Positions 38,721 through 52,402 of a stretch of 64,000 nt of DNA are shown here, in pieces (position 1 is the stretch's first letter; each line of letters begins with the position of its first letter). The translations under genes were made by a program, and so were the position numbers. The notes beneath the pieces were generated by a model that made no database searches, was not told the origin of the DNA, and saw nothing but the letters and a program-made list of their open reading frames with translations. Source of the stretch: Callorhinchus milii (lineage: Eukaryota); the NCBI RefSeq assembly GCF_018977255.1, contig NW_024704742.1, forward strand, positions 15,066,001 to 15,130,000, given 5' to 3'.

Positions 38721-39614
38721 TCTCCATACATAAGCTTGATCTTTTTCTTTGTCCAAAATCTACACATGTGTCCAGAAGGGATCATTGAACTCCGTCTGAT
38801 TCCCCTTCACCCCATCCACTGACCCTTACTAGGCTAGGGAGACAGAAGTCAGTTCCACTACCAAAACTGTTCTCGTCCTTGACCTCAGCTTTGTCAGAGC
38901 AAATAATTTTAACCTGCAATTTTCTGGTCTGTATGGTTTAGTGCTATCACAGACAATACCCTTCCTTACGAACACATCTGAGAGTGTCTGTGTCTTTCAG
39001 AAATCTCTCTGTTTCAAATTCATGCAAACCAAATGGCATTTTAAAAAAATCCACGCTTTAAAAAACCGAAGACACAAATAGCACGAAAACACTCAATGCG
39101 ATCTCTATATAAATTTGGTAGGTGGTTTCATTGTTTCATTCAGATGCTTAGCTTAGACAGTTTATTTAGACACCTGAAAACTGCAATCTCATTTATCGCT
39201 GAACCATCCCAAAAGGTTCAGACTTGTCAAATTTGCGCTCCTATTGTCAGACACGCACTGTTAGTTCTCCTTAGAAAATTTTTGAAAGTATGAGCAGAAA
39301 CAAACCGGGGCCCCGAGCATTAATGTTGCTGAGTGTTGAAAAGTAATTGTGTCGATGACATTTTTTTATAAATAATTTAAGCCTCTTCAATGTCCAGACA
39401 GCATTCTTAGCAAGGAAAGGAATAAAAAACGTAGAATCTTGCTCCCAGGAGACCAGTATGTTAATTCTGTGAACATGATGAATACAGAGCTCGGAAATTA
39501 CAGCAATTATCCTGAACTACTGAAAATTAAATGTAACCTTATGGTTTTGTTTCATAAAATAATTAAGCAAGTTTCTCTGATGGACTAGTGGGGAAAAGAT
39601 AGCACTGGACAATA

Positions 39615-39870
39615 CGACAACAACAATTTATATTTTTATAGTGTTTTCCAGGTCAAGAGAATGTCTCAAAGCACTTCACACAGTAGACTGAGAGCCTGAA
39701 GTGGCGGAGAGTTGGGAGTGGGAGGAGGGATGGTGGCTAAAAGCATGGTCAAAGAGAATAGATATAAGCCAGGATTTGGAGGCATGTGAGGAAGGAGCCA
39801 TGACAAGGAGCAAGGGGCAAAGGTGGTTAGTAAGACAACAATAGGCAAGGAGGGAGGGAGCAAGATGGGG
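39615..39870 (-). mobile_element. L2 3' end
   Basis: (caa)n tail with purine-rich reverse-complement L2 3' region. Confidence 0.7.
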
Positions 39871-40284
39871 AGGGAGAGGACAACAGAAGGTTCCTGGTTC
39901 AAATCCTAGGATCGCTCAACTAGAATAGTAATTGAAGCACTTATGTCCTCTGTGTCCCTGGAAGCCAAAGAACCCTGCTGGAAGATATACTCTGTGATTG
40001 GAAAGATAGGATTAGGAGCAACTCCTGCAGTGACTATCACCTGCCAAACTGTCATGGCTCTTGCATTAATAATGGCCACTTGGGTGAGGTAACAGAAAGC
40101 AACCAGGACAAGGGAACTATATCAGTGGAAGATAAAAAGGAGAGGAGATACAATTGGAAGATATAATTATTGTTTTAGATCAGCCAGGTTAACATTTGAA
40201 AATGATTTGTCGCATCAAAGATTTTGAATTGTTCCTTTGAGTGCTTGAGTTCTATAGCTGGCTAGTTCCACGCATTAGAATTAA

Positions 40285-40632
40285 TCCTGCAGATCAAAGG
40301 GTCAGGTGATCCAAGCTGGAAAGCAGCAGGAAGCTTCCCAGACAGTGGTCTCAATGACAAACAATGCAATTTAAGATGGTTACACCCAATGGTACCCCAA
40401 TGCACCCTTTGCAGTCCCCAAGACTTGGTTCTTGCCAATCTATGCCAAATACTGTCTAGAATTAAGTAAATGCATTGTGTCTCAAAGGAGAGAGTGCACA
40501 TTCCATTCCAGGCATAGAGAAATGTCCTTGTGTATGCAACATTCATATGTGGACTCTTAATCTGATTTGGCTACTCTTAAGTTTGGTGATGGATTTCTAA
40601 ACATGTCAGACACCCGGCTGACCAAAAAAAAA
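40285..40632 (+). mobile_element. Family C, 3' part with poly(A)
   Basis: Ends cacccggctgaccaaaaaaaaa. Confidence 0.8.
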
Positions 40633-40699
40633 GCATTAATAGAGATTGTTGGATTATTCTTGTCAATTGTACTACTTTGGTTCAAGGCCATATGTGGAG

Positions 40700-41420
40700 G
40701 TTTTGTGATACACAGAGTAGCAACTATTCAAGTGAAATGGAACAAATTAATTTGATAAATTCTGGGGATAAATGAGAAAAATATTTTTAGTGAGCTGAGA
40801 CTAGTGTAATAAACTGTCCATGACAAATGCGTTTCAAAATCCTGTTACAAAAATAAATGTACATTATCTCTGCATATGGCTTAAGGAAGTCATGGGGTAA
40901 ATTTTGTAATATTTCTTATTTCAGAAATCTGAGTGGGTGAGAACATCCAAGACATACATCTCAATTGTCACTCCGACACAGATGCATCCATTCCAAAAAT
41001 GAATTGTGTAGATGTGGTGTTCCCATATTTCCATGGCATAGATTTCCATGTTAAGAAACTCATCAGGAAATGCCACATAGGAGCTGCAGCTTATGGGCAG
41101 GAACTTGTTCATTTGCTAAGTTTGTTAGTCTCAACCAGGGCTTTGTGGGGAGGTTATATTGGCCCCAAGGTTAGCTAGGGTAAAAGTATCACATCTCTCA
41201 TTATAACCTAAAAAACCTACCTCTTCTCAATCCTCAAAACTTACTTCTTCAACTGCACTTTTCAGTCATCTTTCTGTTCCCCACCCCCTCCCATCGGCTC
41301 CCACCCCTGACTCAGGTATCCATCCAGCACTGGGAATCCAGTTTTGACTTTCTCAGAACATGAACGGCATGGGCACAAAGAAGCTAGATGGATTTGTGCG
41401 CTACAGAGGATTGTGATAAC
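40700..41420 (-). pseudogene. Decayed exon(s), one module core
   Basis: ttttttcag acceptor; HLASLCPCRSCS; SSYVAFPDEFLNMEIYAMEIWEHHIYTI..NGCICVGV (ORF 40921..41112); YYKIYPMTSLSHMQR*C. Confidence 0.6.
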
Positions 41421-41912
41421 TGAAAAAATTATATTTGACCTACATTTGTAGTTTATTTCCCTTTTCAAAGGACTTTAAGAAAAAAAGCAAGTCATTCACA
41501 GGCTGGTTGTGCCTAGATAGTGTATTTTAATGCACCTGTCACCCTGTGTTGCTATTATTTCACATCTCTGATGCATAACAAAGGGTCTGTGCTAATTGAG
41601 TGTAAGCTCAGCTGCATTGCTGCACAGGTTGTTTGGCTGCTGAACAAAAATGAAGTGCTGCAGACAAAATATGGGGCAAGATGATAGCTCTATTGGTACA
41701 GTGTGCAACTCCCAATTTGAGCACTGTGAATTCAGACCTCAAGCTCGGTTGACATTGGTTGGGTGTGTTTGACAAGTTCTCATCAGGATTGCTTGACAGA
41801 CCACCGTGTGATGTTAGAATGTTCCACCTCAGCAAGGAGGAAGAACTGATAGGTTCCATTGATTGATTACAGAGCCACATTGACAGAGGCCGTAGAGAAA
41901 TCTGGATTCCTG

Positions 41913-42283
41913 TGGAGTCATGTAACTTAGTTATGAACACTCGCATCGCAAGCAAGAGGACTTGGGTTCAATTCCTGGTGGGGTGAAATGTTGGTCAAGT
42001 TTCCGTACTCCATATGCCTCTGTATACCTAGCAGTAGTAGGAACCCGATTGTTAGTCGATTGGCGGATCGCTTTTCCAAGGGTAATAATTCCTTCAAACG
42101 AAATTTTAAAAAATGTGGTCACTCAATCCATGACTATTTGCTGTGCACAATTGGTTGCTGCGTTTTGCCCGCAAACTATAAAGTCAATTCACTTTACAGT
42201 ATATTCTGTGAAGTGCTTTGAGACATCTCGAAGATGTCTTAAAGCACTATATCAAATGCAAGGATTATTATTATTATTATTAT
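41913..42283 (+). mobile_element. SINE A, long variant
   Basis: Has an extra cctagcagtagtaggaacccg..cttttcc block. Confidence 0.85.
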
Positions 42284-42289
42284 ATCTGT

Positions 42290-43190
42290 GATCCATTCGC
42301 ACCCACATTGAAAAGAGGGAAATGGGCAGAACATCGCTACTGTAAAAGATGCTTCAAATCATTGGCTCTGAATCGTAACGAGCATTGCTCCAGCAAGCAC
42401 TGTATAATAGAACAACTGATTTGCATATCAAGATCCGGCTATTTTTGCACTGATGTAATGTTACGGGAGAGGCAAGGATGAAGATTTGATTGATTTACAG
42501 GAATGAAGTTCCGTGGTCTCAAGTGTTTCACAGGATCAGGACAGGACAATTTATAGAGAATTTACTGGTGATGATTCCGTATAGGGGCATCAATGATAAA
42601 ATACATGGCCACACTGCTAAATATGCTGTTTCTGGCTACATTTTCAGGAAATGTAAAAAGAAACACTGGCATTAGAGTAATAAATCAATTCAGCATCTAC
42701 CTATCAGCTCCAGTATGATAAATGGGCAGTATAAGACTGAATTAAAGTTTTTCCTGCCTGAAAGGAAGATGAACCTTGTAAGTAGTATAAAGCATCAGGG
42801 GTTGATCAAGAACCTTGCTATAGGTGGCTCTTAAGATCATAATTACCCTTTTATTACAGATTGGTTGCCATTAGCTGTTTTCATATATAACCACCACAGC
42901 CCTTCAAAGTAATTCATTATGTACAACATGTTTTGATTTGATGTGATAAATTGCTCCATCAAAACCTTTCTTTTATGATTTGTATTGCAAGTCATCTGTC
43001 TTGGGCAGTGGATGAAGAGTCTATAGGTTCCCTATGGTTTTCAGGAAGCACAGCGCTTTGTAGATCAGCAAGCAAGAGACACATAGGACTTCATTGGAGT
43101 GAAAAAAAAGGTAACGTCTTCTCGTGACATGACAAATATAAGAACATGGTCTTACAATGGCTGGAATTGACACTTTCTTTTGGTAAATGG
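42290..43190 (-). pseudogene. Decayed exon pieces, one module
   Basis: SIPAIVRPCS (cf. NPIPNGRPCS); IITSKFSINCPVL; SVVLLYSACWS; SINEs abut both ends. Confidence 0.6.
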
Positions 43191-43848
43191 CTTTCAATCC
43201 ACGACTGTTTGTGGAACACTGCTGACCGCAATTGGCTGCTGTGTTTTCGCCCATAAATATACAGTTTATAATATATTCTGTGAAGCACTCTGAGAAGTCT
43301 CAATGCTGTGATAAGGCACTATAGCATTATTTATTCATAGGATGGTGAATGCAATTTAAACTCAAACCTGAGATCAGAAAAGGTGAAGTAAAATGATCTA
43401 TTCTATGCCAATAATGACATAAGAATTCTCTAGGTAAACAGTTTCCAGTAGAATCTATCTATTTACCAAATGCAACATTCAAATCAATCTAGCAAAGCAC
43501 AAATTCGGTTTGGGCTAATCAACAACAACAACAACAAATTACATTTATTACATTTCACATCGAGAGGACGTCCCAAGGCGCTGGACAGTCAGGGACTGAG
43601 AATCACACTGAGAAGCTATTAATAATAGTAATCCATTGGATGCAACACCTTTCACAAGCACACCTCAAAACGCTTCACAAGATTCACTATGAATCTTCTT
43701 AATTATAAACTTCTGTTTACCTTCTAGAATCTGAATATCATGTGGCACCATGTTAAAGCCTATTTTATCCCAAGCTTTGTGCTGTGTGACACATTGTGTG
43801 CTAGTTTATAAAGCAATGGTGAATTTATTAAAAGAAAATGGTCTCTAC

Positions 43849-44733
43849 CACACTTTAGGGTCGTCTGATTCAGAGTGCGATGGATCAAGTTGTTTTTCTA
43901 CATGTAAACATTTTTTTTTGTATCAGGGAGGAGAGGAAGTCAAATGGGTAACAGTCGGAATTCAAACCAAAACCTTCTGCCATTGTGGTCAATTTCTTGT
44001 TTTCCCAGAGGCACAGTACTGACAGCTGCCAAACTGCATTGCAGTGCGAACGCTCCCCATCTGTTGCTCACATCACCCTTTGTATCTTCGCTCAGTGGAA
44101 ATCATGTCTGAAGCTACTCAACCACCACACACCTGCAGCCAATTAGAGATGACACATGGAAACACCTTCAAATTCCAAATTTGGTCCAGTGTCGGGTTAT
44201 TCACAAGCTGTGCGAAGAAGGCTATGATTTCCCCCAAAACTAGCTGTTCATCTCAACAGCCATGGGACCAAAGGGCGTCTGCCCTAAGTTGGTCTCATCG
44301 ACTACAAACACGACAGACCGCAAGCTGCGATGAACGGCAATGTGTTGCCAAACTTTCTTTAAAATGGCTTGTGCGGTTTGAACAGGGGAACAAAGGCTGA
44401 CACAGCTCACGATAACTGGTACTTAAACGCTGCATGTTAGTAATTTGTCAGTTCTACTTGGAAGCAAGGTTGCGAAATTAGAAATTGGACACGGGGCACT
44501 TCAAACCTGAGTTGATGGCACGGTTTTCATGAAGTGTGTCAAAATACAATTCCTACTCCTAAAAATAGCCTTTAAACATTCTCCATCATCTTGAGATCCA
44601 CGCCGCATCTGCTCTTGAAACATAAGGTTGAAAAGGTGGAATGATTCATGCTGTAAACAGTGGTGGCTGGGGTTTTGTCCACAGTGAAATTGGCTTGAAT
44701 CATTGCATTTAAATCAGCTATTTTGCACGTCAT
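43849..44733 (-). pseudogene. Large decayed exon: tail of one module plus a full module
   Basis: cttcatttcag acceptor; QNPSHHCLQ; WRMFKG; LKKVWQHIAVHRSL; QTPFG; MQFGSCQYC; DCYP. Confidence 0.7.
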
Positions 44734-44906
44734 CTGAAATGAAGTTTACTTACATCCTTAAACTGTTGAAAAGATATCCGTGCAAATGAAAATAAGAGGG
44801 ATTCTCCTGTTTTCCTCACATTATGTTGTGAAATTCAAAAAAATCCACATTAGAAAAATGTTATAAAATACATTTGCACTATATACAGAATGATTCAAGT
44901 ACAGCA

Positions 44907-45300
44907 TGTCAGCCTGGTTCAGTGGTAGTACTATCGCCTCTGAGTCAGAGGCTGTGGGTTTAAGCCTCACGTTGGAACTTGAATCACATAGTCTGAGGTG
45001 ATGCTCCAATGCTTCAATGCAGTGCTGGGGGGTTGCATTGTAGGAGTTGCCGTACTTCAGATGAGATGTTAAACCAGGGTCCCATCTCCCTGTTCAAGTG
45101 GATGTTAAAGATAAGATCCCATAGCATTATTCCAAAAGAAAACAGAGTTTCTCTCTCCTGGTGTCTTGGCCAACAATCCCCCAAATACAATTTGGTTACT
45201 AACTCCATAGCTGTTTGTGAAACACTCCAAATCCCTGTCCAGCACCTTGGAACGTCCTACTGACGTGAAAGGTGCTATACAAATGTAATTTTGTATTATA
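44907..45300 (+). mobile_element. SINE B followed by an L2 tail
   Basis: tgtcagcctggttcagtggtag head; gtgaaaggtgctatacaaatgtaatttt tail. Confidence 0.8.
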
Positions 45301-45489
45301 TTGTAAGTCCAAGCATCAGATAGCTACTTATTGTGCTTATTGAACCAGTGTCATACTCTCATTATCAAATCAGGTTCAGATCAGTTACAATCCTGCACTT
45401 TAAACCTGCCAGAAACTAGCACTGACAATATGTAATTTTCAAGTATTAATTAAGGATTATTATTGCTGTTAGAATTATTTATTGTGATT

Positions 45490-45759
45490 AATAATAGTTT
45501 GGCACAAAAATATTATGCAGGAGAATTGTCCAGACTCCTTTATTCATGTGTTATTTGGTTTCAGAAATTTGGTCCCCTCAGTGTTGAGTCACCAAATTTT
45601 CAAACTACCACAAATGGGTTTCATTCTATTTTTGGCTGTGTGTTGCTTTGTGCCTCATGTCATTTTCATTTTGTCATCATTTTCAGGATTAGTGATCTTT
45701 GGAGCTGTGAAAAGCAGGTATAATGCTCCTTATGCAAAAATGTCTCATTAATCAAAGTT
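45490..45759 (-). pseudogene. Decayed exon (ETFLHKEHYTCFS ... KPICGSLKIW*LNTEGTKFLKP)
   Basis: Strong tgtttgtgcttctgcag acceptor; both IPT-like strands of the module are present. Confidence 0.7.
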
Positions 45760-46774
45760 CTGCAGAAGCACAAACAGCAATTTGTGCTGTTTCTTTGTAT
45801 GCCCTCATGGGAGAAGAATCAAGCACAAAGAAATAAATAATTAACAGTAGGCAAAATTAAAATAGTATCACCAAGCGTGGATGTATTTTTCTGGGCTATT
45901 TGTATTGTGAAAAGGTCAAAAAGCCAATTCAGAATGCAAAACTGTTCTTTTATTTGGCAAAACAATCAAATTGTACACAGGTGTTCACCTATAAAAATGC
46001 AGTCATTGCACTTTATAATAAATCATATGAAGCAATTTGAGACATCCTTCAACATGAAACACAAGGATTATTATTATTGTACAAACAAATTCACATGAAT
46101 TACCTGATTATAATTCTATCTGTGTACATAATGGTGGGCAGCATGAATTTTGACTCAATTATAAGAAGATGATTTTCTCCACAGTCCACAATGAACCGCA
46201 AACTTTTGATTTCTAGCTATACTGCTGTAAAGGTTTTTACTTACCAATTCTTCTATGGCTGGAATACAATACAATATACATTTAGGTAGTGAATTTTACA
46301 TCAAGAGGACATCTCAAAGAGTTTGACACCGTTGGCTAGGCACCGGAATTAGGAATGGGAGATAAAGAGGGTGGAGAGGAGAAATATGATGGGAAAGCGT
46401 GGTCAATGAGGTACATCTTGAAATGAGCCTTGAACGACAGGTGGGAGCAAGCAACATGTTAACATCTTTCCTTTGCACTGCTGGATTAAAATGGTATTTG
46501 ATTTTTATAGTCAGGCTAATTGCTGCTAATGAAGCTATTCTGCATAAATTTAAATATTCACCCACGACAATTAACAAATTAACACAAGAAACAAATGGCT
46601 AAAATGGTATTCACCTTTAATAATCCTTCTCAGGCTATTTACTGCTTACAAAGCAAAGATCAAACTGTTCTGTAAATTTAGAAACAGTTTTACCTATAGG
46701 ACGAGCCTTTAATGAAATGACGTTGGATTGATACACTCTCTCTATAGCAAGAGGGGAAATCTGCGGATAACAAT

Positions 46775-47015
46775 AAATAATAATAATAAGCCTTGGTTTG
46801 ACTTAAACGCTTTTCACATCTTCTAGACGTCTCAAAGCGCTTCACAGAATTGACTGTATATTTGTGGGCAAACGTGGCAGCCAATTGCACACAGCAGTGT
46901 CCCACAAACAGTCGTGAATTGAGTGACCAAATTATTAGTTTTTTTTTCTTTTTGAAGGATTATTATTCCTGGAAAAGCGATCCGCCAATCGACTAACAAC
47001 CGGGTTCCTACTTAC
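46775..47015 (-). mobile_element. SINE A, 5'-truncated
   Basis: Reverse complement of the long-variant 3' part. Confidence 0.85.
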
Positions 47016-47147
47016 TGTAAGAAGGTAGTGCTTCTCTGGTATTGTGTCGGAATGTCAGCCAGGTGGAAATGTATCTACACTAAAAAGCTTAGGTGGTGAT
47101 TTATTCCTAGGAGGCATTTGACTACTAAGAAGTTAAATAAAAATATT

Positions 47148-47368
47148 GGGGGAGAAATTCCACTTGGGTCTAGATTTATTTAATTTTCTCAGTATTTCAG
47201 ATGATCCAGAATTTAGCAAATTGTTGAATTCAGTCTTAACTTTGAAACCATTTTTCTTTAATTCTTAAACGAACTTGCAGAAAAGGACATCAAATTTAAA
47301 GCTTCTTAAGAATTTACATATTCTGCACTCTCTGAACCTAGAAGTAAATCTAGACCTAGGTGGAAACC
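47148..47368. mobile_element. Family D MITE copy (others at ~24318-24490 and 49200-49432)
   Basis: ggggagaaattccacttgggtctag ... ctagacctaggtggaa. Confidence 0.75.
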
Positions 47369-48032
47369 ATATTGTTGTGGTGGAAGCTTCAATTTTGACT
47401 GTCAGGAAGAGTTATTGGCTATGTTATTTTCATATAAGTGCTCTATTTTGTTTTTGATCTGTCATTCCATTAATTATGTTCCTGAAGTCAAGCTTATGCT
47501 CTGTGTCCTTCTTGAATATGAGAACTATCTTTGCTTTTTACCATAAATAAGCACAGAAGTCGCTGGGAAAACGCAGCAGGTCAGGCAGCATCTATGGAGA
47601 GAAGAAAGTGAGTTAACATTTCAGGTTCTGATTTCCAGTATCTGCAGTATTTTGCCTTTTGCTTTTTACCAATCTGTGGGAATCTTCCTCAGTTCATTCA
47701 CCCCCTCAAAATAACTCAGAGTGGTTCCCAAAAATTCCTTATCTCTAAGTACTAAGTAGATTATTTGCCCCTGGCATTTTTGGGGTTTTAAACCCCTCAA
47801 GGATATATTTAGAATCTCTGTTTCACTGATAAGTGAACCTCCAAGAAATACTTATTTGCTGCAGTTACTATCTCCTGTTTCTCAGTCTTAGCTTCAATTG
47901 AATTCCTTCGGATTTCAATTTTTTCCTTGACTTTCCTTTTGCAGTTTATAATATTGAAATCATTGTGGTTTGCATTTGGTGTTAAATCCTTAGGTCGCTG
48001 GTTTATTTCTGGCATGAAAGATTCTCAGTTTG

Positions 48033-48442
48033 TGTCAGCCTGGCTCAGTTGATAGCACCCTTGTCTCTTAATTAGAAATTTGTGAATTCAAGCCTCACAT
48101 CTTGGAACTCATATGGAGTAATCTGATATTCCATTGCAGTGCTGGGGTGTGCTCCATTGTTGGATGTTCTGTACTTTAGATAAGACCATGGCCCCAACTG
48201 CCTGTTGAGCATTAAACATTAAAGATCATTAAAGATCACATGGCACTATTTGAAAAAAGAAAGGAGCTTCTCCCAGTGTCCTGGCTAACATTCCCTCAAA
48301 TACATTGGTCATTGATCTCATAGTTGTTTGTGGGATATTACAAAACACATTACAAAGCTCTTTACAGAATATCCTCTGAAGCACTTTGAGATGTCCTCCA
48401 AATGTGAAAGGCACTATATCAAATATAAGAATTGTTATTATT
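48033..48442 (+). mobile_element. SINE B
   Basis: tgtcagcctggctcagttg head and tail. Confidence 0.8.
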
Positions 48443-49609
48443 AAATCCATTTGCAGTTCTCACCTAATCCCTTTATTGACCTGGTCTGTATAATCATCCG
48501 CTCAGCTTAAATTGGTTATCCTTTCTCCTTTCTCTCTACAAGCTTTGTACATTGTCTATTGTTTTCCCTCCAATGTCCCATTTTTAGTTTCCCTGGTGAC
48601 CATTTTGGGGAATTTGATTTAATTTGCACTGGTTGTAACTTAGTTATGTGCTCATCTGACATGCTTCACGCTGTGTTGAAGGATGCATATCTATCCTTGA
48701 GTAGTACACCCAATATGTCTAAATCCTTTATCCTAAGGTTGGCTGCCTAAAGTTTTGTGCTAGGGTTTGGCTACGCACCTGCATTATTTCCAAAATAATG
48801 TTGAATGTTTCTTAAATTCTTACCTGTAAACCTGAACAATAGGCAACTGTTGAACTCTGCAGCTTTAAGTGTTCAATTCATCACAGATGAGTAATCAGGA
48901 ATCTGGAGGGGGAGGGTGCATTCTTCTGCAAAAAAACTACAGACAAAACTGATTTACTTTAGGAATATCCATCATTTTTATGGGACACTTGCATATCTCA
49001 GAACGGATGGGTTAACTAAACCTGATAACAGTTTGTGTTGGAGTAGGAGATGCAAATGGAAAGGGTCACATTAGACAGCACTGTTGACCTGACTCAGTTA
49101 AAAGGAATACTAAGAAAAATCTCATTATCCATTCCTATAGTTCTATTACCTGGACAGAATGATCTGATTGTTACTGATGTTTAAATTGGTTAACACACAG
49201 GGGGAGAAATCCCACATGAGTCTGGATTTACTATGTTTTCTTATTATTTCAGAGCATTCAGAATTTGGCAAATTCTTAAATCCAGACTTAATTTTTAAGT
49301 TGTTTTTCTATAAGTATTTTTAAGAACTAAAAACAGCATCAAAGTAAAGACTGGATTCAACAATTTGCCAGCATTCTATAACCTCTGAAATACTACAAAA
49401 AAGAGTAAATTGGGACCCAGGTGGAATATCATCCCTACTTCTCTGATAGAGAAGCTGACTGCTGCTTAGACAGTTAACGCCAAATTGAACAGATGTAGAG
49501 TGAATACACAATATTCCCAATATAAGGTTGCAAAAAGCAGTACCTACCTGTAACTGAATGTACCCCTTGCTGTCTTGTGGGGACTACACTCTGGAAGTAG
49601 ATGGTGTTG

Positions 49610-49987
49610 TAATAATCCTTGTATTTGATATAGAGCCTTATCAATTCTTTGAGACACCTCAAAGCACTTCACAGAATATAATGTAAAGTTAATTGACTGT
49701 GTATTTTGTGGACGAAAAAAACAGCCAATTGCGCACAGCAGTGTAAAAACAATCATGGATTGAGCAACCAAATTATTACTATTATTATTTTTTTATTTTT
49801 GAAGGGATTATTTCCCCTGGAAAACGGATCTGCCAATCGAATAACAACCGTGTTCCTAATTACTGCTAAGTAAACAGAGACGTGTGGAGTAAGGAACCTT
49901 GACAAAGGTTTTACCCTGGCTGGGAATCGAACCCAGGTCCTCTTGCTTGTGAGGCATGTGGTCTAACCAATAAGCTACAGGGCTACA
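49610..49987 (-). mobile_element. SINE A, long variant
   Basis: Reverse-complement tRNA head gggaatcgaacccagg..tctaacca..agctacag. Confidence 0.85.
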
Positions 49988-50484
49988 CAGGTATGCTGGC
50001 AGAACGCATGTTCAATTACCGTAATGAGTCACATACCATAATGATAATAATAATAATAATAATAATGATAATTTAGGAAATAGTAATAGTGGCTCGCAAT
50101 TTACAAATAAAAGTTTTACTACTGGAGGAGAAAAGTGTGACTTGTTGAAGCTAATTGACTTTGGTCATGCAGAAAATTGTAATATTGCCGATTTATCAGT
50201 TTGCTTATTAGTCAAACTCATTCTAGGGCTTAATTGAACACCATTTAAGTACTAGGAGAAATCATTTTTATTATTATGCACAATATTGTTAATGAAAATA
50301 GCCAGTAAGCTCTTTCAAAAGCTGCTTTGAATGCTACAATTTCAAATTACCTTACATTACTGTAGTGCAATATTCTGAATACACACTTATTGCAGTAATT
50401 GGATACACATGTAACATATGCAAGTGTATGGAAAATATAATTATCTTTTGTAACTGCCACTAGGCAAGGCCTCATCATGTGAAT

Positions 50485-51965
50485 ACAACAAAACAACAAC
50501 AAAATTACATTTGTATAGTGCCTTTCACATCAGGAGGACCCGAGCTGGGGGTCAGGATCGGGGAGGGTGAAGGGCAGGAGGGGAAGCACGGTTGAAGAGG
50601 AGGGTCTTGAGATGGGTCTTGAAGGAGGCAAGGGAGGGGGCGAGGCGGAGGGATAGCGGGATGGAGTTCCAGAAGGTGGGGCAGAGTGTCAGAAGGCCTG
50701 CCCGCCAATAGTACGGCGAGTGAGGTGGAGGACGTGAAGCAGGCTAGAGCCCGCTGAGCGGAGGGAGCGAGCAGGATGGTAGGGGATTAGGAGGTTGGAG
50801 ATATAGAGGGGAGCAAGACAATGAAGGGCTTTGAAGGTGAGGACCAGGATCTTGAATTATATCCTCAGTGTGATGGGAAGCCAGTTGAGTCAGGCGAGGA
50901 TGGGGGTGATAGGGTTATGGAGCCTGCTGCGAGAGAGTGGACACTAGTTGCAGAGTTCTGGATGATCTGCAGACTATGGAGGGAGGAGTTGGGGAGGCCG
51001 ACATGCAAGGAGTTTGCATAGTCAAGCCTTAATTAATGAAGGCATGTATGAGGGTTTCGGCGGCCTGCGGAGTGAGACAGTGGGCAATGTTGCAGAGGTT
51101 GGGGAAGGCAGAGCGGGTCATGGTACAGGTGTGGGGTAGAAAGATAGCTGAGGGTCAAACAAGATGCCAAGGTTCGGGACTGGAATAGCAAGGTGGAGTG
51201 TGTAACCATAGATGGTGATGCTTTCAGCGCCTGAGGTGTGGAGGGGCTGACGGGAGCCAATCAGGAGAGCCTCGGTCTTGTTGATGTTCAACTGAAGAAA
51301 GTTAGCTCTCATCAGGACTTGATGTCTGACAGACATTCTGTCAGCACAGCAGAGGTCCAGGAGTCAAAGGTGGAGGCAGAGAGGTAGAGTTGGGTGTCAT
51401 CCACATACATGTGGAAGTTGACCACATGTCTGCGGATGATGCCACCAAGATGGAGCATATAGATATCGAAGAGGAGGGGATCAAGGACAGAACCATGAGA
51501 AATGCCGCAGGAGACAGTGCGGGGGATAGAGGAGAAACCGTTCGTGGTGATGAAGTGGAGGTGGTTGGAAAGGTACGATCTGAACCAGTCAAGGACAGAG
51601 CATGAAGGTTGTGGTGAGAGGAGAGGCGGTGGATGAGGATAGTGTGGTCGATGGTATCGAAGGCAGCAGAGAGGTCAAGGAGGCAGAAGGAGCCCTGGTT
51701 GCAGAAGATCATTTGTCACTTTGACCAGGGCTGTTTCTTTGCTGTGGGTGGCACGGAAACCCGTTTGGAGGGTCTCGTGGAAGGAGTGGCGGGAGAAGAT
51801 GTAGCGAAGCTGGGAGGCAACAACTTGTTCCAGGAGAGGAAAGTAGGTTGGAGATGGGGCAGTAATTTGAGAGTAGAGATGGGTCCAGGGAGGGTTTTTT
51901 CAGGATAGGAGTAATGCCGGACGTTTTTAATGGGGTGGGAACAGTACCAGTGTACAGGGAGAGGT
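50485..51965 (-). mobile_element. 5'-truncated L2 LINE (~1.5 kb) with decayed RT
   Basis: LLDLSAAFDTIDH and NFLQLNINKTEALLIG motifs; (caa)n 3' tail at 50485-50505. Confidence 0.95.
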
Positions 51966-52402
51966 TTATGATGTATTGTTCTCATGGCTCCAGAGAAGAG
52001 AGAATTAAACTGGACTGAACAATACAGTGATAACTATACTGTGTTTAGATTACCCCACACTGCTAATTGCAGATCTGCCTATGGCTGTAAGACCGCAATA
52101 TAAATGAAGCAATGCTGTTACCTTCGAAATATTTAGACTCAAATTTAACTTGCCCACAAAATACACAGTCAATCCACTTTACAGTATATCCTGAGGTGTC
52201 TCGACAAAGTGATAAGTATAACTATTGTCATTACATTTGACTAATAAATAGAATCCATTTCTGCCAGGAGAAGATCTAAAGAACCTCAATACCTATGGAT
52301 CAGATCATCGATCTATATATATTTTTGTTTGATTCAGAGAGTAAAATGAACAACCTGATCACTACTGACTAAATAATATGGTTATAAACAAATGCATGTG
52401 TA

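Larger units (their letters stand above)
46245..48778 (-). pseudogene. Decayed exon pieces (48481-48778; 47680-48025; 46245-46600 split by an L2 fragment)
   Basis: NKYFLEVHL, T*YLE..EPL*V, LLIVVGEY, IQQCKGKML [L2] AIEEL|gtaagt. Confidence 0.5.

Noticed and set aside
44044-44400. Plus-strand ORFs such as 44044..44400, 28202..28564, 15468..15884 and 53891..54449 as genes
   Set aside because: They are antisense shadows of minus-strand exon remnants with no recognisable product.
50041-50071. (TAA)n and other short repeats as a CRISPR-like or special array
   Set aside because: Ordinary microsatellites and SINE tails with no repeat-spacer structure; the DNA is eukaryotic.
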